A stretch of 62,683 nucleotides of DNA, counting the filler, from Hausera hauseri (Eukaryota), in the NCBI GenBank assembly GCA_046269625.1. It is 10 parts of 10 records of this genome, joined end to end, with 100 filler letters (N's around TTAATTAATTAA, not from the genome) between each part and the next. Parts side by side here need not be neighbours in the genome. Positions count along the whole stretch, not along the records: positions 23,517 to 31,429 come from JBJURY010878737.1; positions 31,530 to 36,272 come from JBJURY010453134.1; positions 36,373 to 41,311 come from JBJURY010385480.1; 7 more parts are not named here. One strand, 5' to 3'. Of the stretch, positions 24,774 to 37,499 are shown in pieces (position 1 is the stretch's first letter; every line of letters begins with the position of its first letter). The position numbers were made by a program, and so were the translations under genes. The notes under the pieces were generated by a model that was given only the letters and a program-made list of their open reading frames with translations, was not told where the DNA came from and searched no databases.

Positions 24774-27700
24774 ATGGACGCAACTAAAAACAGCATCCCC
24801 TCAACAACCAGTAGGAAACATCACGCCTCGACAAGTCTTGACGACTTAATCAGAAACAGTACAGAATAGAAGCAGTAACAGGAGCAGCAGAAACAGAATC
24901 AACAACAAGAACAGGAGCAGCAGGATGCCAATATTTCCAATATTACAGTCTGGTGCGATCTGAACAGATCGTACGTGGACATAAATGTGAACATATCGGC
25001 GAAAACAACACAACTGATACATGTTTCGCAAAATGTCTGCAACCGGTTGGAATCAGAAGTGGAGAAATTCCAACATCACTGCAAAGTGCAATATTATGCA
25101 CTTTCAGAATTGGAGAACGTACAAGGTGACAGGAAACAATGATACCTGTCACATCAAACTGTTCCATACGCCGAAGATTTTATTATCCATGTAGGCGAAA
25201 ATCTCGAGGAGAAAATCGCCAACTGCACTGGAAAGGGTAGTGGATGGCGAATTATAAACATTGTCACCCTCGGCTTTATTAAAACAAAGTCGAGTGACAT
25301 AACATATTTATCCAGGCGATCATTCATACCGCCCTCTGCAGCTCTGAAGCAGTCTCTGGAGGTAATGAATGTAAAAAATACCGACGACGAATACTGTTTT
25401 CTTTACAGTATTCCGGCGGTATTGAAATATGACCAAGTGTACAGACATAGTGCATATAGTCCAAAACGTTATCAGAAATACTTTTGCGAATTAAATTACT
25501 ATGGATGCTGGATGCCGATGAAACTGAAATCCGTTCCGGTTTTTGAACGACGTAATCTGACACTGTTAATAAACGTGCTTCGCTACAACACAATAATAGA
25601 AATACCGGCGGATGAAGAAATTTACAAAAATCCTCATGTGGATATAATGTATCGTAGTGGGAACCCAAATGGCCGCCCAATAAATTTGTTGCTGTTAGAG
25701 CAAATTAAAAAATTCCATTACGTTGCAGTGACAAATTTGGACAGACTGTTGAAGATGGAACATGACCAGTTCATCAAAAAGCATATACGGTGTAAATGGT
25801 GTCCAGTACGTCTGCACGGATTCAAATCCGAAACAACGTGGGAGAAACATGTGACTGTGCAGACAAAATTCCTCTGGAACCACAAAGTACGTCATGCCAG
25901 TCAAAAAGGAGCTGAGATTCAGTGATTTGTCAAAATCCGACAGTCCGGCATACGTGGTATATGACGATATTGAAGCCGTTTTACCACGTCACAGTGTATA
26001 TGATCAAAATCATGTTCCAGTCGCTGTCGGTATGTTGGTAGTCCCAATAAAAGCCACTGGTCAACCGCAGTATTACGTTTTCCACTGCTGGAACTGTATC
26101 CGTGATTTCCTGCATCAGTTGGAAACATTAGTAAAAACTGAAGTCGCACCCTGGTACAGTAATAATAATAAAGCAATAAACCCTTGATGTGGACAGACAA
26201 ATATGAACCGTTGATGTTTGCAACCACCGATGAATGTTACCTATGCCATAAAATATTACCGTTTGATGCACAGGAACGGCACATACCGGATCACGATCAT
26301 TTTACCGGTCGATACTTGGGAGCAGCGTGCAATTCATCCTATTTGGCAAGGCGTATGTGTGCATTCCTTCAGGTGATTTGTCAAAACTTCGGGTATTATG
26401 ATTTTCACCATATTTTGAAATGGACAATAAACGGATTTTCGCACTGCGACTATCCGTAATTCCGACTACGATGGAGAAATACTTGTCACTGTCTGCTCGT
26501 ATAAACCGGTTCCAGGTACGCTTCCTCTATTCATTGCAATTCCTCACTGAATCACTGGCAAAGCTAGTAAATGTCTTGCCAGATATGCCGCTAACGTTCA
26601 CTCAGTTCCCTGTACATATTGCACGTAGCAAAGGTATAATCCCGCATGACCGCTATATTGGACGAGCAGCTCCAGACGACATACGAATTACCACCGCAGT
26701 GGCCTGGTATCACAGAAGACGAAAGTCACAGAGCACAATCGTTTTGGGCAGAGCTCGGCTTCAGAAACCTGTTGGAGTACATGCTTCACTATCTGAAATC
26801 GCATGTGTACCTGTTAGCCGATGTGTTTCCGACATTTCGAGCCAAAGCGTTGGCAGAAGATAGACTGGAGCCACTCAATTTTTACTCAATACACGGAATG
26901 AGTTGGGCATTAGCCCTGATGTTACTGGATCGGGATATCGAACTATTGCAGGACCTGGAAATGTATCTAATATTTGATGTTAGTGTTCGTGGCGGCATGA
27001 CATTTGTCAACAAGCATTACGTAACCAGTGATGATACCACATCACTTTTGTATATCGACATTAATAACCTGTACGACTGGGCGCTTTCGCAACCCTTGTC
27101 GTACGGTTCATTCAAATAAATAGTTGACAAGCAGGACCTGGACGCAATACTGAAAAATCTGCCGATAGCAGACACAACAGAAAACAGCTAAATCGGATAC
27201 CTGATGGAAGTCGCACCGGTCGCGCCAAACGGCCAATGCCCGTCGGGCTTGAAGGCGAAGAAGCTGCTTGTGAAGCACGATCCTAAGCAAAATTACAGTT
27301 CATTGGCGTCAGTTGCAATTTTACATGTAGTTGGGTGTACGCGTCACACAGCTACATCGCGCAATCCGATTACCACAGGCTCCGATATTTAAGCCGAACA
27401 TAAGTCGGAATTCGGAAAAAACGAGCTGCAACTTGTACGAAGTTTGAAAGACTATTACAAACTGAAAAGCAATTTCCTCTACTGAAAAACAGTAGAGAAT
27501 CTGAAAAAGCGGCTCAATGTATGCCTGTGCAATACCGAAAAGCGGTTAGTCACGTACACCAGCAAGGCGCAGTTCAGGTGGTCAATACATATTGCTGATA
27601 GATTGGTTGCCGTGCTTTTAAACAGGGAAGAATTCGTGTTGGACCGCCAAGTTATATGGGATAAGTGGTATTGGATCTGAGCAAGTTGCGGATGTATGAG

Positions 27701-28251
27701 CTGCAGTATCGTAATTTGGCACGATACCGGCAAATGTTGGGCGGATGCAAGATCAATATAGTTGCCGGTGACACAGTTTTTTCTTGGAACTGGAAAACGT
27801 CAATCGCGAAGAACTATTGCGACAAATGATTGCAGACGGATTATTAGACACGTCCACTTACCCACAGAATCATCCATTGTACAGCAACGCCATCACAAAC
27901 AAAATCGGCTGCTTCAAGGATGAAAGTGAAGGTCGGGTTCAATATCGGGAATGGGTATTTCTACGGCGTAAATGTTATAGCTTTTAACTGACTATGGACC
28001 GAAAATGCGCGTCAAAGGAGTTCAGTTGGCCCAGATGGAAATAAACCACGGTGATTATCGCCATATATATAAAGGACAGGCAGAAAACGATGGAGGAGGA
28101 GAAGGACAATCAAAGGCTGTTGTGTCTTAAACAATCATTCGATCGATTGATCACCAACTGTATACGGTGACCAATACAAGTAGCTTTATCGTGTAATGAT
28201 GATAAGCGAAAGTGGGTGAGGCGAAATAAGAGTTGGGCATTAGGACATTGA
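24774..28251 (+). pseudogene. Polinton/adintovirus protein-primed family B DNA polymerase with embedded endonuclease-VII-like zinc module
   Basis: GSGW and NVKN.DDEYCFLYSI N-terminal region; VVYDDIEA Exo I; CYLC...DHDHFTGRYLGAAC; VRGG; LLYIDINNLY.WA; YYKLK.N..Y.KT.EN; GDT; IGCFKDE; KCYS; KG; DDKR..ALGH*. Many frameshifts; start approximate. Confidence 0.93.
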
Positions 28252-28499
28252 CGCTTTGGAATAACACACACACACATGAATTCGGTGCTGGCGATACAGA
28301 CAGAACAAAGTTACCCATTTACTGTGATAAGTCATTGTGATCTGTTTTTTGTATATTGTTCGCCGTTTTTGCCTTTTGTTTTATTATCATTTAATTTATC
28401 TCTGTATTTATATATTAAAGTGAATGTGACGAGAAACAATATCAAGAAAAAAATAAATAATATTTACTAATCACAAGCTAAAATCAAAAACAAAGTAAG

Positions 28500-28955
28500 T
28501 CAAATCAGCGTAAACTTTCTCAGCCTCCATATTGGTGATTTAACGCCGTGCAGATCCTTGTATACTTTCAACTTTAATGTCAGAGAGCCTTTAGCTCCAT
28601 CTGGTGGCAAAACTGCCCTTGCTATTTCTCTGCCATGTAAACTGAGTATTTTTGTCATATTTCCTTTGAGAAAAATCGACGATTTATCTCGGATGTCGTT
28701 ACGCAACACCAAATCTATGTCAACTTTTCTAATTGTTTCTTCCATTGTATCCAAATCATCGTCGCTGATCTTTTTAACCCATAGACCATATTTCGCCTCT
28801 TTGATTTTGACCGCTTGCGTTAATGGCAATTGAATAGCGTTGCGCAGATAATGTAAGTTGTATCTATTATACAACCGGGAATTTCTGAGCGAATATTCCC
28901 TGTACCTTGGCTTTTTTGAGAGTCTGTCAGTTGCTGAATTGTTTTCCAAAGACAT
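28500..28955 (-). CDS. Polinton-associated protein, possible OB-fold ssDNA-binding protein
   Basis: Intact 151-aa ATG ORF with upstream TATAAA; C-terminus similar to ORF 30849-31067. Confidence 0.55.
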   Translation of the reverse strand: MSLENNSATDRLSKKPRYREYSLRNSRLYNRYNLHYLRNAIQLPLTQAVKIKEAKYGLWVKKISDDDLDTMEETIRKVDIDLVLRNDIRDKSSIFLKGNMTKILSLHGREIARAVLPPDGAKGSLTLKLKVYKDLHGVKSPIWRLRKFTLI

Positions 28956-29147
28956 TGTTTAAATAAGACAAACATGAAATGAAATTTCATCCATATTTAT
29001 ATCAAATTTGTTCATACCGGTTTGTTTTCATTGTAAACAATAGACATTTACTCTGTGAGTATTTTCATATATGACAATGATACATACTAGTTAAAATTAC
29101 CTCCACATCATCGAAGCACACGACACTGTTTCGTTCCGTTATTGAAG

Positions 29148-29597
29148 TCATTCGTAATAAATGTGTACATTTTCCATTATAGCAGGTTTACATTGTGGAC
29201 ATTGGTGGGTTACTTTGGTGGAACACATTTGACAAACAACTAGATGGCCGCACATTAAGAATACCGTATCTACTTTTCTTTGTTTACATAGTAAACACAT
29301 AAACTGGCAGTCTCGCACTTTGTCCATTATTTTCTCTTTCAAGCTCTTTAACGCACCGCGTACCTTTTCAACAGTATTAAAGTAATTTGTATCATACAAT
29401 CGGTGAATGTACATTTGTTTTAACACAATAATTAGATTTTCTATAGAGCTACAATCTGTTGCTGCCATCAATGCTAATGACGCTAAATCTTCTTTAAATC
29501 CAAAATTACCTGCTGCTCTCGCAACCAGTTCACTATCAAGTACTTGGCACCATCCATCAAAATTTTGCAACTGCTTCAGTTGATTAACTATTTCCAT
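29148..29597 (-). CDS. IAP-type C-terminal RING finger protein (no BIR visible)
   Basis: CLLC....DTVFLMCGHLVVCQMC......CPQC...I....HIY; TATAAA upstream. Confidence 0.85.
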   Translation of the reverse strand: MEIVNQLKQLQNFDGWCQVLDSELVARAAGNFGFKEDLASLALMAATDCSSIENLIIVLKQMYIHRLYDTNYFNTVEKVRGALKSLKEKIMDKVRDCQFMCLLCKQRKVDTVFLMCGHLVVCQMCSTKVTHQCPQCKPAIMENVHIYYE

Positions 29598-29719
29598 GAT
29601 GATTACTATTATTACTATAACCTACCCATATTTATAGTTTTTGAACTATTCAACTGACCAATACTGCTAAACATGTCGTGGACCTTATTTACAGAAAGAA
29701 AGAAAGGAACAGAGAAATA

Positions 29720-30200
29720 CATTTATTTATTTGCATGAAATATAGTCAATACAAAGCCGTAGACATTTTTGTAAGCACAATGCGGTCCATGATCACGATA
29801 CAGACATCTAATATTGTTGGATACAATCGTCAGCGAGCTGTTCTATGTTGAATACGTCGTCATTGGCAATTCGGGAAAGTGTGAATGTAGTTGTGCAAAC
29901 TTGTGTCCGTGAATTTGATCTTTAATGTAAAATATTTTATTTTCAATGTCAAAATAGTCACAAATGTCTTCCATAATACGCATAACACAGAAAATTGAAT
30001 TGAAGTCCATCACGATGTCGAAAGAGAAATCCATTTGTAAATTTCGCCTTTTCTGCCAGGTCATTCCACACAATATCGGGCTTGAATACGTACACAATCG
30101 GTTTGAAAATGTTACCGACGTCCATAATACATAATTCCTTTATTATGTACCGGGCATTATCATCCTGGAAAGCTTTAATATTTATAAATCCTTTCGCCAT
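29720..30200 (-). pseudogene. Polinton-type DEDD-like exonuclease, frameshifted
   Basis: FINIKAF...YIIKEL (decayed D.E.F...KEL), IFYIK, C-terminal C...DHGPHCAYKNV. Confidence 0.6.
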
Positions 30201-30274
30201 TATTTATCATGTACAAAATCATTTTTTGTTTATAACGCAAACAAAACAACTGACTATAATGATCATCACAATAG

Positions 30275-30743
30275 TTAAACATAGGTGGTTTTGTCCACAT
30301 CACCAAAGCCAAATTCTTTGAGTTCATTTCGTGTTGCGTCATTGACACAAAACAATCTCCATTCTTCCGGTAACATTACACTGAATTCCGCCTTGTTACA
30401 TCGAAGAAATACGATTTGTGCTATTGCATTGCCTTTCGCAATATCATACAATAGTCCTGATTGGTTTGCCAGCAACACCTTAATTTCACCACAAAAGTCC
30501 GAATCAATGACACCGCCTACAACCGTCAGTCCGAGCTTTTCCAGTCCGCTTTTCGATAAAAATTGGCCGTAGTAATTGGGTGTAATAGCCATTCAAATCC
30601 CAGTCGTTATGCATTTGTTTGTGCTCTCCAAAGCTGTTGTATTGACATAGGAAAACATCGTAGCTTGCACTGTTTGCTGTAAAACGTCTCGGTACAAAGG
30701 CATTTTCTTCTGTTAAGGTAATCTTTACATCATTCGTTATCAT
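30275..30743 (-). pseudogene. dut: dUTPase, frameshifted
   Basis: PRR.TANSASYD, YYGQFLSKSGL, VVGGVIDSDFCGEIKV, GNAIAQIV, TR...FGFG: all five motifs. Confidence 0.92.
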
Positions 30744-30848
30744 TATTTTTATGCCAGTAATAAAATTACACTTATATTTACACTCTTTAATTGGTTAATG
30801 AAAGAAGAAGAAGAAGGGTAAAACAAAATAAAACAACAACAACAATAT

Positions 30849-31150
30849 TTATTGATAATTAAAATGTGTTTCAGCAACACGCCAAATCGAGCTTTTGTTA
30901 CCTGCTTTTTCCTTGTATCTGTGCAATTCAATGTTCAATCGACACTTTAAATCATCATCGGGTACATTAGAAGTTTCGCGACCGTTAAAATCAAACAATT
31001 TGGTTTTCTGAGCCGGTAAAACGACAGATTGCTGTTGCACGGTCGTTTTGTTCAACTTTAAATCCACGTTTAATTGATCAGAGCATCAGAAAGTTTATCC
31101 AAATTTTTACCCGAAAGCCGTTTTACACGACAGGTGTACTTGGGTGCTCA
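30849..31150 (-). pseudogene. Paralogue of ORF 28500-28955, degenerate
   Basis: TKLFDFNGRE...L.IELHRYKEKAGNKSSIWRV vs TKILSLHGRE...LTLKLKVYKDLHGVKSPIWRL. Confidence 0.6.
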
Positions 31151-31429
31151 TAGAGACACTGAATCATTCAATGAAATGAGTACACGCGTTTGCAGAAAAT
31201 GAATTTCAATCGTTTTATCGTAGTCTTTTATGGTAGTAATATCTGAGTGAGCATGGGAATGGTATTTATAGTTTGTTGTGCAATGTAAATTATTTCGATT
31301 CACTAAAAAATTCATGTGATTTTTAATTTGATTAATAATCGGTTCATTGTCCACTGTCCGAATACCGAGTACAACAATTTTTCCACTGCTAAAAACATTG
31401 ACACAGAGTGGCCGAAACGATGTCAGTCT
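31148..31429 (-). CDS. TATA-binding-protein-like gene, C-terminal part, cut by the spacer
   Basis: Frame is open from the spacer and reads RLTSFRPLCVNVFSSGKIVVLGIRT, matching the TBP repeat motif IFxSGKxVxxG. Confidence 0.65.
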   Translation of the reverse strand, partial: RLTSFRPLCVNVFSSGKIVVLGIRTVDNEPIINQIKNHMNFLVNRNNLHCTTNYKYHSHAHSDITTIKDYDKTIEIHFLQTRVLISLNDSVSL

Positions 31430-31529
31430 NNNNNNNNNNNNNNNNNNNNNNNNNNNNNNNNNNNNNNNNNNNNTTAATTAATTAANNNNNNNNNNNNNNN
31501 NNNNNNNNNNNNNNNNNNNNNNNNNNNNN
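31430..31529. other. Artificial contig spacer
   Basis: Same 100-bp spacer. Confidence 0.98.
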
Positions 31530-34500
31530 TATTTAAAATAACTTTTTATTCACATCATGTCATGAAATTTTGGATCTAGAATAATAAGGGGATGTTTTCT
31601 GAGTCATTTTACTTTTAAGAATAAGGTTGTTCTTTTTAAAAGTTGGTTACATTTGCAGAACACTGACAGTAAGGGTTACTTTAAACAAACAAGCTTGTTT
31701 TCATGGGCATTGATTTAATAAGTTGTGCAGATATTCTGCTGATTAGCATAACAATTAATATGTGTGCAGATGCACCAGTAATGATTAAAAATATAACTTT
31801 CGCAAAGGTTTCAGCAATACATCGTAAAGATTTGTTGTTTTGCTGCATAATGTTATATAGGTTTTTGTGCATTTGAGACGTCCAAACCAGTAATATTATT
31901 AATATGATTCTACAATTACCATGTGGCCCTGATTGTACTTGCATTACATACAGTACCTACTATATATCATTATGTTTTGCATTTTAGGATTGACTGACTG
32001 TAAAGGAATTGGGTTTCACCAAATTACAGAAATTCTATGAGACCTCCATTTTTGAAACCGTTAAGAACAATAATTTATTCCTTTAAATATAGCTAATAAG
32101 TTCGTCTCGCAGTCGATTCAATACTGGAGGACTTTTCTTCATTTTAGAACAGGAATTTCAGAATTATTTCGAACGTTGGGCATTTTTCGAGTATCTTGAA
32201 TGTAAAGTTACTTTGAAAATCTATACATTCATGTAACATTAGAATGGATTGTAACACGAACTTTTAATGAATATAAGTGTACAGATACAGAATGTCATGT
32301 AGATTAGCATTATATAAAAATATTTATATTTATTAACTAGATCAATCGTAAATCAAAATATTGTCATCATAGTAATTTCATGTAGGTACTGTATTCATTC
32401 CAAATTAGAATGAAAAATTATTTCACAAAAATCAAGGTACAAATCGACAAATTTGGCGATTACTGAAAATTGTTTTTGAAGTCTGTGATATAAAGGGATA
32501 TAATAAAACACAAAAATGCACACAAGCACAGACACATGAATGAATGTAATAAAAAATAGATGAATTTATTTGTCTACATAAAGCACAGAAAATTCATGAA
32601 AATAGCGATACAGGAAAGTAAAACGAATCTAATGAATGAATTTACAAGGACATCAACATTAAACATCGACCTTCACGGCCAATCATGTACGTAGAAATAA
32701 TATTGGTAATACATAGAGAATTAATGAAAAATGTGACAACAGAAAACATCCTCCATAATCATTGCAAATTATTTCCATCACAGGAAAAATACGACTCAAG
32801 TAATTATAATTGCTCAAAGCGACAATTGCTGAAATAACGCAATATTTCAAATTACTTCATTGTCGTTAAGAACCAAAGCAAATGTTAATAGATTTCCACA
32901 ATAAAACAATTACTTAACGCCATCGACTTGAAACGGAAACAAATTACTACGAATATTCGGATCGACAAACTGATACATTTTGTCAGTGACAAAAGCAATT
33001 GGATTTGCACTCGGCAAATTATTCATTTGTTTTTCAAAAACCTCATTGTTAATTAAAAAATAATATCACTTCAAAATAAAATTTGTTACTCTGGTTAAAA
33101 ATATGGGCAAAGCTTCAACTTTAACGGTATTCAGAGTCTTCAGTGATCGAACTGCAGTATGTAATTTACAGAAATTCCAATAGACTTACTTAAATTGTAG
33201 TAATCCGTGAATTGAAAATTCCAACGTCGATTAGACATGTCTAAGATCGATTAGAATTGACATATACCATAAAAATTACTGTATTGTCTTGTTTTCAATA
33301 TCTTTGCTATTTCAATTATCTTTTCGTTGTATTGAAATTCTATTTCAAATCTGTCTCTAGATATAACAAAGAATTTCAAAACATTTAATTTATTGTTTTT
33401 GAATGTTCATTCAAATCTGAAATGTATTATTAATATTTGTATCAGCCAAATAATAACCTCACAATTTTACACGGAAATAAAATGTTTTTTGAAAAATGAA
33501 AAACTAGTTTATACTGCAAATAAATCTATTTTAAACCAAAAGTACAGAATAATGACAATTTGAATATCGAAGTATAGATTTATTAAAACAAAAGACTTTT
33601 TATTGCATGCAGTATTCTTATGTGCACCATTCTGACATTTAATTTTATTAGTGTAATTAAAGCACTGTATACAAAAAAACACTGAACCACTTTATAAAAA
33701 TCTAAATCTTAGATATGTAGGGTAAATTGGAAAATAGCAAAATTATTGTCAGTGCACTATTCATCTTACGATTACCATAACTAAAATAAACAATAATTAA
33801 AATTGAGATGAATCTTCCAAATTTTGCCAGTATTCAATAAAGAATGACATGACAAATATGAACATGCAATATTTCATGTCAGATAAATAAAAAAGTAAAT
33901 TTGAAATAAAATAAACTGCTGTAATTCGATATGGACACTATGAATGTAACACATAATTTGAAGGAGTTGTACAAGAATTCCCTTATTACATCATAATAAC
34001 ATAATACAGCGTGTCTGAAACGTAACACATGGAATAAATTGTAACTTCAAAACGAAACGAGATACACTAATTTTTCCCTTATTAATGCGTACGTTAATAT
34101 ACACCGTGACAACATCTAGTTGCAGCATGCAGTGAGATCAACCCTTACCGAACTAAGACAATTAAACTCATCACGAGAAAATATAAAGAAAATACTATTT
34201 AAGTAATTTCTCATACGCCATGAGCAGCATTTCGACATATCATGCAGTAATTTTTTACTAACTTCTACCGAGCAAGTCAAGTACAAAAACAAGAATCATC
34301 TCCTTTAAGCAACATCATGGGAAAACTTACCCATTCGCTTTGAATTTATTGTGTTAGTTATTATAATGTAGGGTATCAATACTCGTGAAGTCACGACACC
34401 TAGATCACCTTTCTAAAGACCATTTCCGAGTCTCAATAAGTACGTATATATACACGAATATATCCTATACATTTGTGTATATGTATACCACATACATGTA

Positions 34501-36040
34501 CATATACTGTATTCTAAGTTTATTTATTCAACTATTTTTCTGCCTTTCGCTTCAACGGCTATTATATACACCATACTTCTGTTCAGAACATACTCTCTTT
34601 GACTTCCGAGATTCTTTTTAAACAATCCCCCTGGTTTACTCATTCAAATCTGATAGTAGTATTGTGTACTTATTATTTGTTCCCTTACAAAGGCATGCAA
34701 AAGTCGTTATTCACTCAGTAGAAACCAGAAGTATAGGCAGATTAAGAAGGCAGAAGATTCTGCAATAATCGCTCTATAACGTGAACGAAAAACTACACTA
34801 CATCGACCCTTAGAAAGTTATTCATTAGCCCATCCGAGATCGAAAAGAATACACGTTATGTCTTTAACAACCGTTTGATCTTTAGAGAACGCGCAATCAA
34901 CCTTTAATTTACTACTGTTATGTCTGGTTTTATGAAACATGTCAATTTGTTTAGTTACCCAGTGGGATAAGTTGTTTATTTAACAATAATTAACGATTTA
35001 ATTACTCAGAGAAACTATTAGTTATATTAATCTATATTATTAATAAATTTATCACTAATTAATTATTACTTGTTAAATAACATACGTATGTGACCGGACC
35101 AAGTCATTCGACTACTTATTTACACAATGAAACAGGTTTGGCGGTATATATGCCATATTAACTTGTTATATACTGATATATACCTTGTTTTCATTTCATG
35201 TTATGTCACCAACCCTTCGTCCTAGTCCTGTGTGTATAAGCCCGAACCGTCATAACTGAAGACCGAAACACATCACACGCCGCACACTGATGCATACACT
35301 CAAGTCGAATTCGGCATGGTTGCACCTACTCTGTCGCACCGACGAGATCTTCACTGACCAGACCTCAGGATTTACTTCTGGCGCAACTTTCTGCATGAAG
35401 GAGCTGATAATATTAACTTCCATGCGAAAGTAGTGGCGTCCAGCAAAAACACACATTTATACGAGCGGTCGTATTAATTCATACTGTTTCATTCAATTTC
35501 AAGGGTGTATTATTTTTTTCCGCGTCAGAAAAAAGTGATCTTTCTAAGATCGCAGGACATTCACACAGCCTAGTCTCATGCTCGACTCATACAAGAGTCA
35601 TTTTTGTTAGCTAATCCAGCGAGGGGCGATAGGCCCTAATTGCAACATTTTTGTGTAATTTTTCACTTGCCTGACTGAGACTTTGTTCGACGTGAAGCCA
35701 ACTTGTTAAGAAAGTCATTTCGTTGGACACGACATGGTTTTACTTGCAGTCAATAGACCTATCATAGTCCTTACCAATGACGTGCGGTGACTTTCCTCGT
35801 AGGGGACTAGCTTCCATGATACTTTAAAATGCTAAAAAAAGGTTCTTTGGATTTGATGTGTAGAGTGTATCTTAACAAAGGAAATTTCACGGGTGTTAAC
35901 GTACATGGTGCACTATCTTAAATGATGCATTTTTGACATAAAAAATTGAATAAACATACAAACAACGATAAAAATGAAAACAAAATTCAACAAACATTTA
36001 AACAGAAAAACAGTTTTAAAAAGGCTATGAAAAGCGACCT

Positions 36041-36272
36041 TTATTTATACCTTAATGCGATCCTTCTGTCTCCTTTCTGAATGAATTTTTCAATGACGGC
36101 GTCGTAACATGTAGGCCTATTGCACTTTGCAGTTCATTTAACAAGATTTTTTTTCAGTTGATAGCAAAGAAAGTATAGACGGCCTGTTCGTGCATTGGGT
36201 TTTCCGCACACACGTCTTTTGTACGTTTCGAACAAGAGAAAATGCGTTCTACAGTGTACTGTTGTTGATACC
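36041..36272 (-). mobile_element. hAT transposase C-terminal dimerisation fragment
   Basis: TVERIFSCSKRTK... and YDAVIEKFIQKGDRRIAL resemble the hAT ERxFS.LKR and D.II..F....RR motifs. Confidence 0.65.
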
Positions 36273-36372
36273 NNNNNNNNNNNNNNNNNNNNNNNNNNNN
36301 NNNNNNNNNNNNNNNNTTAATTAATTAANNNNNNNNNNNNNNNNNNNNNNNNNNNNNNNNNNNNNNNNNNNN
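36273..36372. other. Artificial contig spacer
   Basis: Same 100-bp spacer. Confidence 0.98.
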
Positions 36373-37233
36373 TCTAGGAAAACTACAACAAAGGACGGTG
36401 GGAATGTTCTGAGAATTGTACTGAAAATATGTAAGAGAAATGTACTGAGAAAGTGACTCAATTAAGATGTCCAGGTAACTAAGCTGTCAATAAACCAACA
36501 ACAACATACTAAAGGACCAGATGTGAAATAACAAAGTTGTCTTGCTTCGACTAGGGGGAAGAAGGGGCTAAAAAAAGATACGTCTGATTCTGTTGACTTT
36601 GATATTTTAAAAAGAGTCACAAAGTGCTGACAGAGTTAGAAAGGTGCTCCTTGAATTAGGAAAAGAGTATTTTTAAGGTGCTCTCAGACAGCAAGCTGTC
36701 ACATCTCCTTCCTCTGTTCCACTGACGACACGGTGAGGAACAGGATGGGTAGCTGTCACGAACTGGAGGAGGCTGCTGTCAGAGATGATGATTACTTTTT
36801 TCCTTCCTGTTGAAGGTTTTCAACCACAGAAACCTCAATGAAGGAAGTCAAGCAATAGTTGTTCTTAACCAGATTCTTTGAATTTTAACATTATTGACTA
36901 TCAATCGTTAGTATTTTAAGATTTAAAGTAAGAAACACTATGAAGAAAAGAAATAAAAAACAAAATCTTCTTGTGTGACTCTGATGGCTCAATTTCTTGC
37001 AGACAATTTCGGCTGACCTAGCCATTTTAAATACAGGATGCATAAGTACCTAAATTTGTTGAATAAATTACGATTGTCATTCAGCGTAGACCATGTTTTC
37101 TTTATGTATCGGCTGCTCATGTTATAACTGTCACATCCAGAGCAATGGGGGAATCTGAGAAAATCACGGTAACTACAGTTTAAGGTTTTTAAATGGTGTT
37201 TTTAAAGGTGTTTTCCTAATGATTTCTTAGAAC

Positions 37234-37394
37234 AGAAATTAGTCACCATGGCAAAGAATTCCTTACAGTATATTCAATTCCAGAAATTAGTCATCATGGC
37301 AGAAAGTTCCTAAGAGTATATGCAGTCCCAGAAATTAATTGCCATGACAAAAAATTTCATGACAGCATATTCAGTCCCAGAAATTAGTCACTAT
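37234..37394. repeat. Degenerate minisatellite, about 48 bp x 3.3
   Basis: Recurring cagaaattagtca.catggca unit. Confidence 0.75.
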
Positions 37395-37499
37395 TACAAT
37401 GCAACAAAAGATGCGGTTGATGTTTAGGATGAACGTATTGGCTCAAATCGCTGTAAGCTCGAGGTTAACTGTTAGTCGAATTGTTGAACATATATTCAT

